Below are positions 1-8,956 of a stretch of DNA of 64,000 nt, piece after piece (positions within the stretch are counted from its first letter, which is position 1; every line of letters begins with the position of its first letter). The DNA is from a virus. The notes below the pieces were generated by a model. It did no database searches. It saw only the letters and a list, made by a program, of their open reading frames with translations, and had not been told where the DNA came from. The DNA lies in the IMG/VR virus record IMGVR_UViG_3300007538_000022, positions 1-64,000 of that record, one strand, 5' to 3'. Both the position numbers and the translations under genes were made by a program.

Positions 1-1217
1 ATCGAATATGAATTATTTACTTGATCTTGGTATACTATTGGAGAACTGCCTACTACTAATTGTGCTCCCCAAAGAGCCACGTCGGAAGTTGATGATATAT
101 CGATGTAATACTTGCAATTTGAAATATCTATAGGATCAACTACATTAGCAGGAGCAGTAAACGTCCAATATACTCTATGCCATTCGCTATCGTCGGGTAC
201 TGAATAGTATGCTTGATATGCAAATGGATAATCTATAGGGTTATTAACTCCTCCCCAAAACTTAGAACCGGTTTGATTATTCCAATATCTGAAACTAATT
301 GAGCTAGATGCATTATATGCTTTAACATATACAGAAAACGTGTATGTTACATTAGCATATATGTAAGAACCATATTCTAACCCACCATATTGCCCAGCAC
401 TTGATACTATTCGATCTGCAAAGTTTGATTTATTATCTGGAGCAACTTCATAGTCTCTAGTAGTTGCATACCATAGCGAATTAACTCGCTTCCATTTTGC
501 AAAGTCTGATCCAATTCCGTCCCTAATCAAGTTATAATCCAAAAATCCAAATCTCAGCGGATCAAATGGAGTAGTAACTAACTCGTTATTAATATCATAT
601 TCGTCAATTGACGGGTAAAAAAACAACTGCGTTCTAATTAATGAGTTAATGCCGTATTCTTCGATACTATCATATTGAAACTCTACTCCTGATATTGTAT
701 CTAATGTAGCACCCCACATTGAATATCTACTAGTAGAACCACTTACTAGCATGATATTAAATTCAGTAGGAACTGTGTTATCAACTTCAGCAGGTGTAGT
801 AAATTCCCAAGTATATTTTGTCCAAGGATTGGGAGTTACTTGATCACCTACAATTGTATTTTTATAGCTATCACCTGAAACTGAAAATCCTACTAAATTA
901 TGCTCAGATGTTATTGAACTATTTTGTGCATATAATGTACCGATTGTATTTGCTTGATATAATCTAAAAGTAAATCCCCCAGAATAACCTTCTGGGGAAT
1001 ACATCCAAATACTAAAATAATACGTAGTATTAGGTTCTAATATTGCTGTTGAATTTTTTAAACCACCATACGAACCTACTTGAGCTTCGATTTGGTCTGC
1101 CATGTTGCCTATACCAAGTGGATCTAACTCAGCATCTCTAGTAACAACATATGCCGAACCTGCAGTAGTTCTGTAATTCCATAAGTCGAATTTCGATCCG
1201 TAAGATAATAAATTCAT
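1..1217 (-). CDS. Virion/tail protein with two tandem carbohydrate-binding-like repeats (runs off window start)
   Basis: Not in ORF track; ATG at 1217 (MNLLSYGSKFDLWNY...) open to the window edge; repeated units ADQIEAQVGSYGGL..TTYYFSIWM..WTKYTWEFTTPA..MWGATL and ADRIVSSAGQYGGL..VTYTFSVYV..WHRVYWTFTAPA..LWGAQL. Confidence 0.7.
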   Translation of the reverse strand, partial: MNLLSYGSKFDLWNYRTTAGSAYVVTRDAELDPLGIGNMADQIEAQVGSYGGLKNSTAILEPNTTYYFSIWMYSPEGYSGGFTFRLYQANTIGTLYAQNSSITSEHNLVGFSVSGDSYKNTIVGDQVTPNPWTKYTWEFTTPAEVDNTVPTEFNIMLVSGSTSRYSMWGATLDTISGVEFQYDSIEEYGINSLIRTQLFFYPSIDEYDINNELVTTPFDPLRFGFLDYNLIRDGIGSDFAKWKRVNSLWYATTRDYEVAPDNKSNFADRIVSSAGQYGGLEYGSYIYANVTYTFSVYVKAYNASSSISFRYWNNQTGSKFWGGVNNPIDYPFAYQAYYSVPDDSEWHRVYWTFTAPANVVDPIDISNCKYYIDISSTSDVALWGAQLVVGSSPIVYQDQVNNSYS

Positions 1218-1227
1218 TTAGCAATCC

Positions 1228-1686
1228 TTAAATATGAAATAACCCGTTATTAACATCCCACGTAATTAAAATATTCCCACCATTTGTTCCAGCACCGATA
1301 CCGTATCCAGAGTCAAATAGCGCAATTAATGGAGCAGATGCAGGGTCAGCTGGAGGACCGTCGATATTTGCAACATCTGGATCTTTAAAAATTACCAAAT
1401 ATGCAATAGTTTGATTAGCAACTACTGCAGTAAAGGTTACTGGATCAGCAACTGCTACTCCTAATACTGAATTTAAAACAGATGCTTTGTTTGTTAATGT
1501 AACAGTGTTTTGTGTCGCTGATAGAAAGTTACCTCCAAGGTCAGCGTATGTTGAATCGTTGTCAATACCTTGAGAACCGCCAATATATGAACCGGATACT
1601 AATGCTACTTTAATGTTATCATTAATCCAATCAATATCGCCTTGTAAAAAGTGTTGACGTGCCGCTGCGTATAGTGAATTTGCCAT
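1228..1686 (-). CDS. Virion structural (minor tail) protein
   Basis: MANSLY..IDW..DNIKVALV and TNGGNILITW pattern typical of small phage tail proteins; lies between tail genes. Confidence 0.55.
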   Translation of the reverse strand: MANSLYAAARQHFLQGDIDWINDNIKVALVSGSYIGGSQGIDNDSTYADLGGNFLSATQNTVTLTNKASVLNSVLGVAVADPVTFTAVVANQTIAYLVIFKDPDVANIDGPPADPASAPLIALFDSGYGIGAGTNGGNILITWDVNNGLFHI

Positions 1687-1715
1687 AGTTTATAAATCCT
1701 TATGTAATTGTGTTA

Positions 1716-2912
1716 TTAAATTCTTGGGTCTGGATAAGTTAATCTGATGTAATCTAAAAATAAAATAGGCTCATACGACCCGAATCTAGAAGTCCATCCT
1801 CCTACCCGTGCGCCTGTTGTATTTACTGGTAAATTACTTGAAATTGTTTCGGAAAGAATGCTAGTATTATCCATAGTTCTAACATCTAATGATGCACTTG
1901 TAACATCTGAGTTAATTAATATTGACACTTTATACCAAGTTGCTTCAGATAGCCCGACTGAATTAGTACCTGTTGTTTTAGAATTGTTATTTGCAGTTTT
2001 AAATTGGCCAATGTTTGTACTACCATCGTACCAAAATGTAGCACCATCTGCGGAAAAATCAATATTTCCCCATGAATCGTTAAAACCTATAGTGTATCGC
2101 ACAGTTGCTAAATCAGCAGGGTCAGTAGGAGTCCTAAAAACTGCTTCAAACAACATATTAGCTTCTAACTTAAACATTTCTTCAGTACCTAACCATCCAC
2201 TTGAGCCAGAAGTAGTACCTGTATTTCCTTTAAGACAAATAATACCGGGATGATTTTGAGAAAATGCTGCCATATCTGCAGCATCTACTGCGCCAATTGC
2301 TGCATTTGCAAGACCTGTAGTGAATGGTGATGTTTGCGATGCAGGTGACGTATAATAGTCATTGAAAATAACAATATTGTTGTTTGACACTTCTGACGGG
2401 ATCCAGTTAGAACCGTCCCACACTAATGCTTGCCCTATAGCCGGGGCAGTTGTAACAGTATCTACATCGTTGAATAAATTAATCGATGACGTATCTACAG
2501 TTCCCGGTTCTCCTTGAGGTCCTTGAAGTCCTTGAGGTCCTGGTTCACCTTGAGGTCCTTGTGGACCCACTAATGTTGCAAGCCATTCAGCTTCTGAGCC
2601 GATAAATCCTCCATTAACCGCTACTTCATATGCAGACGGTCCTTCAAGCGGAAGTGATGCATCGTCTGGATTAATCCAGATACTTCCATCAGCAATTGTT
2701 TGATCGATAGTTGGATCAGTAATTTGAACATATATTGGACTTTCAACATTATTATTTGCAAAATAAGTAAGATCATTCCATGCAGTAAGTCCGTTACCTA
2801 TTTTAAATAATTTAGCTGAAGTATCATACCCAATTTCGCCTTCGTGGAGAATTGGGTTTTTAGAAGACCAATTTGTAGTTGTGTCTCTTCGTAATTGTAT
2901 AGTAACAGCCAT
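1716..2912 (-). CDS. Tail fibre protein with Mtd/hyaluronidase-type N-terminus and collagen-like repeat
   Basis: IQLRRDTTTNWSSKNPILHEGEIGYDT N-terminus; GPSAYEVAV..GF.G.EAEWL motif; GPQGPQGEPGPQGLQGPQGEPG. Confidence 0.75.
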   Translation of the reverse strand: MAVTIQLRRDTTTNWSSKNPILHEGEIGYDTSAKLFKIGNGLTAWNDLTYFANNNVESPIYVQITDPTIDQTIADGSIWINPDDASLPLEGPSAYEVAVNGGFIGSEAEWLATLVGPQGPQGEPGPQGLQGPQGEPGTVDTSSINLFNDVDTVTTAPAIGQALVWDGSNWIPSEVSNNNIVIFNDYYTSPASQTSPFTTGLANAAIGAVDAADMAAFSQNHPGIICLKGNTGTTSGSSGWLGTEEMFKLEANMLFEAVFRTPTDPADLATVRYTIGFNDSWGNIDFSADGATFWYDGSTNIGQFKTANNNSKTTGTNSVGLSEATWYKVSILINSDVTSASLDVRTMDNTSILSETISSNLPVNTTGARVGGWTSRFGSYEPILFLDYIRLTYPDPRI

Positions 2913-2941
2913 AAAAACCTCTCATTTTAAAATTATAAAAT

Positions 2942-2967
2942 GGTGCTTTACTATTATTTAAAGCACC
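2942..2967. terminator. Inverted repeat hairpin downstream of folE
   Basis: GGTGCTTTA-ctattatt-TAAAGCACC. Confidence 0.5.
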
Positions 2968-2988
2968 GTATCATTTATAATATTTATC

Positions 2989-3672
2989 TTATGCGGTTTT
3001 ATTTACGATATTCATAAATTCAAGACGTAAACTATGATCTGTTTTAAATGCTCCCCCAAGTTTTGATGTAACTGTACTTGAACCAGTATCCTCAACACCT
3101 CTAGCAGCAACACAGTAATGTTTTGCATCAATTACTACTGCAATATGATCTGTTTCCAGAATATATTGTAAAGCATAATATACTTGCTCAGTTAATCTCT
3201 CTTGAATTTGTGGTCTTTTTGCAAAATATTCAACAACTCGATTAATTTTTGATAATCCTAACACTTTGTTTTTTGGAATATATGCCACAGTTGCAAAACC
3301 GTCGATTACTACGCCATGATGCTCGCATTGACTTTGAACATTGACATTTTTCTCAACAACCATTTCATCATAACCCATTTTATTTTCAACAGTTGTACAT
3401 TTTGGAAAATGTTCAGGTATTAACCCCCACATTGTTTCTAAAACCCACATTTTTGCCATTCGTTTCGGTGTTTCAGCTAAACTATCATCTGTCAAATCGA
3501 GGCCCATTGTTTTCCAAATTTCAGTAAAATGATGTGTTAATTTTTCAATTTTAACACCTGAAGCCTCGTTAAGTTCATAAATTGACAAAGGTGTTTCTAC
3601 ATTACATTTTACTAAATGTTTATGAATTTCTTGTCCTAAAATTGGATCTGTTTTATTTATTTGAAATGCCAT
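2989..3672 (-). CDS. folE: GTP cyclohydrolase I
   Basis: ETPKRMAKM, SQCEHH, GLSKINRVV, RPQIQERLT, HYCVAARG motifs; start moved to Met35 of track ORF (GGAG upstream). Confidence 0.95.
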   Translation of the reverse strand: MAFQINKTDPILGQEIHKHLVKCNVETPLSIYELNEASGVKIEKLTHHFTEIWKTMGLDLTDDSLAETPKRMAKMWVLETMWGLIPEHFPKCTTVENKMGYDEMVVEKNVNVQSQCEHHGVVIDGFATVAYIPKNKVLGLSKINRVVEYFAKRPQIQERLTEQVYYALQYILETDHIAVVIDAKHYCVAARGVEDTGSSTVTSKLGGAFKTDHSLRLEFMNIVNKTA

Positions 3673-3685
3673 AATATCTCCTAAT

Positions 3686-4225
3686 TTACTTATAAGTATC
3701 TTCCCAGGGGAATACAATCCATTCGTTATTTTCAGCTTTATTAATTTCTTTCCAACAATATGATACACCATCAAAACTTGATACTAGGTTATCTATTATT
3801 ACTGAAAATCTTACATTATGACCCCAGACGGTATCCCATACATTAGTTGAATCTAGCATACACGATCGTTGCCAGTCATCTTTCAACCAGTTAAATGTAG
3901 CTCCTGTGTCATTAATGTCGTCTACTACTAATATTTGTTTCCGTTCATTAGTAATAGTAGGTTCTACTAACGGATGTGAACTAACATAACCGTAAGCATC
4001 CTCGCTCATCCACAAATTACTTTCTAACCCTACCATATCTCGCAAACTAATTCCTAATCCATACATTGGGATTTTCAACCGATGGCTTAACATTACTGCT
4101 AACGGTAACCCTCCTCTAGCAATACCTACAATATAATCAGGACGCCAGTTATCGTTGTACATTTTAAGAATAATACTATTAATTGCAGTATCAATATCTT
4201 TCCATGTTAAGTGCGTAAGGTTCAT
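3686..4225 (-). CDS. Type I purine phosphoribosyltransferase (Gpt-like)
   Basis: VGIARGGL, PRPP-binding ILVVDDINDTGAT, C-terminal WIVFPWE. Confidence 0.85.
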   Translation of the reverse strand: MNLTHLTWKDIDTAINSIILKMYNDNWRPDYIVGIARGGLPLAVMLSHRLKIPMYGLGISLRDMVGLESNLWMSEDAYGYVSSHPLVEPTITNERKQILVVDDINDTGATFNWLKDDWQRSCMLDSTNVWDTVWGHNVRFSVIIDNLVSSFDGVSYCWKEINKAENNEWIVFPWEDTYK

Positions 4226-4890
4226 TGCATACTTCCTACAGTTATATGATTATATTGTTCTTGAAGTTTATTGAAAATTACATCTTTATCAACAACTTCA
4301 GTCTCATTAAGAATTTGTTCTAAAAATACGTTATCTTCATAATTGCCCCATTGTTTTTGATATGATCCATTTTTATATCCATTTGCTTGTCTAAATAAAT
4401 TAAGAACATTTTTACCTATATATGCTTTAAAAAAGTCAGAAACAGTATAACCTAAAAATAAATGAGAGATTAAAATAGGCTCAAGCGTTAGTTCAATTAA
4501 ATCTAACGAGTCATTATCGGCATATATACATTTAATAGCATGTTCTATTGCTACAATTGCTTGTTGTTTATTTTCAGGAACATATTCTTGCTCTGCAATC
4601 TCGCTAATTTTTTTAGATAAGTCGCTTTCAAAATTAAGCGGTGATTCCATTACATTTGAAAGAGCAAAGTGAAATACATCAACCATTTCAATAAATGCTT
4701 GATAGTAGTTAGGTTCTTGATGTTTCCACCATTTCCAATTAAGATGGTCAATAGCTTCGACATATTCAACTAGCATTGCACGTTTCCAGTTATAATTATT
4801 CCCCCTCCATATAGGATGTACTGCGGTATTCATTGTGTCTTGTAAATATACACAATCTTTAACAGATTTCTCAATTTCATTAATATTCAT
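4222..4890 (-). CDS. Dimeric all-alpha dUTPase
   Basis: EYVEAIDH..WKWWK, EMVDVFHF, KNVLNLFRQANGYK.GSY.K.W...EDN motifs. Confidence 0.85.
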   Translation of the reverse strand: MNINEIEKSVKDCVYLQDTMNTAVHPIWRGNNYNWKRAMLVEYVEAIDHLNWKWWKHQEPNYYQAFIEMVDVFHFALSNVMESPLNFESDLSKKISEIAEQEYVPENKQQAIVAIEHAIKCIYADNDSLDLIELTLEPILISHLFLGYTVSDFFKAYIGKNVLNLFRQANGYKNGSYQKQWGNYEDNVFLEQILNETEVVDKDVIFNKLQEQYNHITVGSMQ

Positions 4891-5941
4891 TTGTTACCTT
4901 TTTATATAGTTTGTTACCTGAAAAAAAATCTAAGTACGTATCAGAAAGATATCGATTAATATCATTTTCGATTCTATCATAATTATACATAGTATATCTT
5001 ATTTTGTCAATTAAGTTATGTTTATGTTTTTGATATAATTCAAAATTTAAAGTCCATTCTGAAGGATAGAGAAAATTATCATAGTCTTTAAATATCTCCG
5101 TATAACTTAGTCTATTAGGTGCTAACGGTATTACACCAAATATAGGGCCTTCTGCACATGTTGAAATTCCCAGTGTTTCCTGTAAATTTGCACTAAACAC
5201 TATTTTTGCCTTATCTAAAATTGAATGATATTGATCTTTTGATAATGAGTTTTCTTGACATACTACAAAATCAAATTCAGGCATTTCTTTTTTCAAGTCG
5301 TAAAATATGTCAACTTGTTTTTCAGGTGCAATCCTATGTGGGAAAACAATTAAATTTTCTTTATTTTCAAATGTTGGACGCAGCGTTGCCTGTAAATATT
5401 CCATAGGCCATCCCACTTTATAAATCTTACTAGAATTACTATTTAATCCAAACGTATAACAAAATAATTGTTTATGATAATCTGTTGCAAAAAAATTGTG
5501 GTCATAACATTCGTACATTGAACGTTCTGCGTGTCTAATCCACGGTGTATTACCAATTAGCCTCCCTAAGAAATCGTTGTCATCATACGATCCAGCATGC
5601 CATAATCCACCTATTTTAATGTCAACATTAATTAATGATGCCATATACTTTAATTGTATAACTGTTGGATTCCATGCATCAGTATATAAGAAATAATCTC
5701 CATCTTTTACTTTACCAGTTGAAAATAATTGACTAATCTTTTGAAGTTGTGATGATTTATAATTGTTAGTTGCGCTGAAATCTAAAAATGCACCAGGAGT
5801 TGTAGTTGGAGGAATTTCATTTCCAGAGATATTTACTACATCTAAAAATGAGTATTGTTCAATTTGATTGGGGATAAACTCTCGCCATTGTTTAGTATAA
5901 CGAGTATCTATGGGTTCTAAATCTATAATATAAATAGTCAT
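4880..5941 (-). CDS. GT-B fold glycosyltransferase
   Basis: FPHRIAPEKQ and SANLQETLGIS (GT4-like E-x7-E region); inside deazaguanine operon. Confidence 0.7.
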   Translation of the reverse strand: MTIYIIDLEPIDTRYTKQWREFIPNQIEQYSFLDVVNISGNEIPPTTTPGAFLDFSATNNYKSSQLQKISQLFSTGKVKDGDYFLYTDAWNPTVIQLKYMASLINVDIKIGGLWHAGSYDDNDFLGRLIGNTPWIRHAERSMYECYDHNFFATDYHKQLFCYTFGLNSNSSKIYKVGWPMEYLQATLRPTFENKENLIVFPHRIAPEKQVDIFYDLKKEMPEFDFVVCQENSLSKDQYHSILDKAKIVFSANLQETLGISTCAEGPIFGVIPLAPNRLSYTEIFKDYDNFLYPSEWTLNFELYQKHKHNLIDKIRYTMYNYDRIENDINRYLSDTYLDFFSGNKLYKKVTNEY

Positions 5942-5954
5942 AATTTTGAATTAT

Positions 5955-5980
5955 ATTGCCTAGTACAAATACTAGGCAAT
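5955..5980. terminator. Perfect 11-bp stem hairpin
   Basis: ATTGCCTAGTA-caaa-TACTAGGCAAT. Confidence 0.55.
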
Positions 5981-5993
5981 TAATGAGTTAAAA

Positions 5994-6197
5994 TTAACGG
6001 CGTCGGGTATCTTTATTTCGGAAATCTGCGCGAGCTTTTGCTCTTAGATATCCTCGATATTTCTTATATGCTTCCCACACCGGTGCACCGTGACTGTATA
6101 AGTCCTTTTCATCAAATACTTTACCTTCAAACCGACAGTAATCTCTAAATTTATCAAGATCGTCAAAAATTTGATCAATGTTAGGTACATTATTCAT
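5994..6197 (-). CDS. Small hypothetical protein
   Basis: 67 aa ORF with AAGGA RBS, co-oriented in operon. Confidence 0.7.
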   Translation of the reverse strand: MNNVPNIDQIFDDLDKFRDYCRFEGKVFDEKDLYSHGAPVWEAYKKYRGYLRAKARADFRNKDTRRR

Positions 6198-6223
6198 TAG
6201 TTTTCCTTATTTCTTAGATGATA

Positions 6224-6589
6224 TTACTCGTGATAATATTCGATTATACCATCTGACTCTCCATCTTCTGAAACTACTACAATGTAATCTCTTGAAGAGC
6301 CGTATGTAGTTAATAAAAAATTGTTTAATATAATAGTTGCAATTGATTCACAACTGTGAGTATTTAGCTCTTGATTTTTTAGAAAGTTATTTAAATTCCA
6401 TTTTACTAAGAAAAATTCCAATTCTCTATCTAAGTGTGTAACAGATATTTTGACGCTAACTTTAAAAATATGTCTATGCATGTTTTCTAAAAATGAAATT
6501 TTAGGATCAATTTTCCCAGCATCTGGGTAACAATGAAATCCTTCAAATTCTGTTCGAACTTTTATAAATTGTTTTATTTTTGCACTCAT
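6224..6589 (-). CDS. QueD-like T-fold protein, DpdL (predicted CDG decarboxylase) candidate
   Basis: FEGFH, LENMHRHIF (LxxxHRHxF instead of CxxxHGH), SCESIA, VSEDGE. Confidence 0.65.
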   Translation of the reverse strand: MSAKIKQFIKVRTEFEGFHCYPDAGKIDPKISFLENMHRHIFKVSVKISVTHLDRELEFFLVKWNLNNFLKNQELNTHSCESIATIILNNFLLTTYGSSRDYIVVVSEDGESDGIIEYYHE

Positions 6590-6591
6590 AC

Positions 6592-7113
6592 TTAATATAT
6601 CACTGTGTCATTAGAATATTCAGACCAAGATGTAAATTTTTCTCTAGGAAGCAACGAATGTAAAGAGTGGCACCATACACCTGGATTAGATTCTTTAAAA
6701 TTTCTATCATCAATTTTAATCATGGTATTATAATTCCAGTGAGATACATATGGAATAGGAACTCTTATTTGTGGAATAAAGTTATCCCATTCACATAATC
6801 CACCTTCTAAAAAGTCTGCTGCATGCGATACATGAATGTCTAAACTACACAAAATATCTTTTTCTAAAAAATAACGAATCATAGTTTCCCACTCTAAATA
6901 ATCATCACTAGATGTTGGATTAAAACTATGATTAGCACCGAAAAATAGATGAGTACACGAATTGTCCTCCATGTAATGTACAATATCTGAAAATGATTGT
7001 ATTCCTACAATAAATAAAGTTTTTTGATTATATGCTGGAGTTTTTTCAACTTCGTATCCAGTAAAAAACGTAGCATTATTAACTGTGTTATTTGAATTAT
7101 ATGTTCTCTTCAT
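6592..7113 (-). CDS. Hypothetical protein coupled to the TGT-like gene
   Basis: 173 aa ORF overlapping the 3' end of the TGT-like gene. Confidence 0.75.
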   Translation of the reverse strand: MKRTYNSNNTVNNATFFTGYEVEKTPAYNQKTLFIVGIQSFSDIVHYMEDNSCTHLFFGANHSFNPTSSDDYLEWETMIRYFLEKDILCSLDIHVSHAADFLEGGLCEWDNFIPQIRVPIPYVSHWNYNTMIKIDDRNFKESNPGVWCHSLHSLLPREKFTSWSEYSNDTVIY

Positions 7114-8635
7114 TTTCTAAAATCTCTAAGTTATGTTCTTGGTCTTCTGAAAAATCAGTTTCTTCAGATTGATCTACTTCTTCAAAAAATAAACTGTAAT
7201 TTGTGGACGAATTTATAGTTCTTTTCCCAACAGTTCCACGGGTTCCTATAATTTGCATCCAAAATTTACTATACTTTTCAATAGTTTTAATTGATGTATC
7301 TCTGTCTTTACACGAAAAGATTTCATCTACTAAATCTCTAAATAAAATTCGATTAAAATTTTCTTTTACTAGCATATTGGGAATTATACCGGTATCATAC
7401 CGACGATTTGCTTCCTGAACAGCATTAACATGAGCCCATACGTTATGGCACATTTGCATAGCATATGCAAATCCATCCCATGAAGTTACACTCATTTTAC
7501 CAACTTTATTTATTTGCCCAGGTGCATAAAAACAAATATCATTTATTTTTAACCCAGCAGTTATCGGCGAATCGTCAAATCGACTAAAAAACCCATCTTG
7601 AAGCATTGCTTGCCTAAAATTACGAGTATCAGCATGATATTTACGATCATCTATACCTGGTACCATCCGATAAACCCATTTGCTTCTATCGTCGATTTCA
7701 TATTGAGTATAAATTTGTCCATTAGCAGATGCTAAAAACGGACTTGCACAGTCGAATGTAATTGTAAACTTGGGATTATGGTATTTTCGTACTGCACGTT
7801 GAATATCAGTTAGCATAACAGCCCATTCCAATCGCGAAGTGCCTAAAAAATGCATAAAATCATGGATACCTTCTTCTAATAATCCATCATGAATTATTTC
7901 AACTATCCTATGCAACACTAAATGAATATCACACATATTTTGTCCACCCATTGCCCATCCATTAAAATGAGTTTCTGGAAATTGATTTGGATCACAATAA
8001 TGTTTCATTCGTTTGTACCAATCGTGTGCTTCAGTATGATTTTCACCTTGAAGTACATTTAGGAATTTACAATTACCGTTGCGGTGATGTATAAACCAAT
8101 CGTTATTAATGTAAGTACCTTGAACTGCATCTTCATAAGATGTAATTCCAGTAGCATCTCGTCCTGCAGGAGATCTACATACCCATGCAGGGATATCTAA
8201 AATCATTCCATAATCCATAAACGCATCCATCCAAGTTAAAACTTGTTCGCGTTTCTTTTGTGCTTTCGGACAAGCTGGATTTTTCCAGTCACCTTCCCAA
8301 ACACCTTTCCCTATTTGGAATCCACCCGAGTCACCTAGTAACCAACTATTATCACGATCACGATTTCTGACCATATCTTCCTTTATTACATACTTTGTAA
8401 CATTTAAATCAGCATGACCTGCTGAATATAATGACCATTTATATTTAAATTGTCCTTGAGTTGGATTTAAATAATTAAGACTTTCAACTCCATGTGTTAA
8501 ACTAGGTGGTAATCTAGTAGCAGGAATATAATTACTGTTATTTCGTTGTCTACCAATAAATGCTGCAAAAAACCCGCTGATTGCAGGTAAAAAAACAGCA
8601 TAATCTTTTTGTTCATATGTTAAATTTGTATTCAT
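7097..8635 (-). CDS. Guanine transglycosylase (TGT/DpdA-like)
   Basis: TGT barrel motifs in order: GDSGGFQ, MILDIP, VLQG, GWAMGG, HFLG, TFDCAS; no C-terminal CxCxxC zinc site; start probably Met4 of track ORF. Confidence 0.8.
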   Translation of the reverse strand: MNTNLTYEQKDYAVFLPAISGFFAAFIGRQRNNSNYIPATRLPPSLTHGVESLNYLNPTQGQFKYKWSLYSAGHADLNVTKYVIKEDMVRNRDRDNSWLLGDSGGFQIGKGVWEGDWKNPACPKAQKKREQVLTWMDAFMDYGMILDIPAWVCRSPAGRDATGITSYEDAVQGTYINNDWFIHHRNGNCKFLNVLQGENHTEAHDWYKRMKHYCDPNQFPETHFNGWAMGGQNMCDIHLVLHRIVEIIHDGLLEEGIHDFMHFLGTSRLEWAVMLTDIQRAVRKYHNPKFTITFDCASPFLASANGQIYTQYEIDDRSKWVYRMVPGIDDRKYHADTRNFRQAMLQDGFFSRFDDSPITAGLKINDICFYAPGQINKVGKMSVTSWDGFAYAMQMCHNVWAHVNAVQEANRRYDTGIIPNMLVKENFNRILFRDLVDEIFSCKDRDTSIKTIEKYSKFWMQIIGTRGTVGKRTINSSTNYSLFFEEVDQSEETDFSEDQEHNLEILENEENI

Positions 8636-8817
8636 TCTTTCCATCCGAAACCTTAGTTTTCACAATCCCATATACGATCATAGTTATTATTTTGCATGTC
8701 CCCCCACTTAGTTAACATTTCATCAAAGTTACTAAAAATATCTTTTAATTTGTATTCTAGAATACATTTTTCTGGAGTATTACAATTGAAATAAAAGTAA
8801 TTTGAGTCAGAATAATG
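8632..8817 (-). pseudogene. Decayed C-terminal tail of a Hef-like homing endonuclease
   Basis: Manual translation HYSDSNYFYF..YKLKDIFSNFDEMLTKWGDMQNNNYDRIWDCEN*GFGWKE*; no start, internal stop. Confidence 0.65.
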
Positions 8818-8923
8818 CTATACATTTTAATATATTGTTCTAAAAAACATATCAACAAAATCTTGATCATATTTACGTTTTGATTTTTTAAGATTAATGT
8901 TGCAATCGTGTGTAAAATTATTA

Positions 8924-8949
8924 ATTATGGGGGAGCAATCCCCCATAAT
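8924..8949 (-). terminator. GC-rich hairpin after clamp gene
   Basis: ATTATGGGGGA-gcaa-TCCCCCATAAT, 7 nt after stop. Confidence 0.7.
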
Positions 8950-8956
8950 AAGTAGA

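Noticed and set aside
1716-2912. Diversity-generating retroelement target (Mtd-like N-terminus)
   Set aside because: No reverse transcriptase and no adenine-variable repeat pair seen in the window
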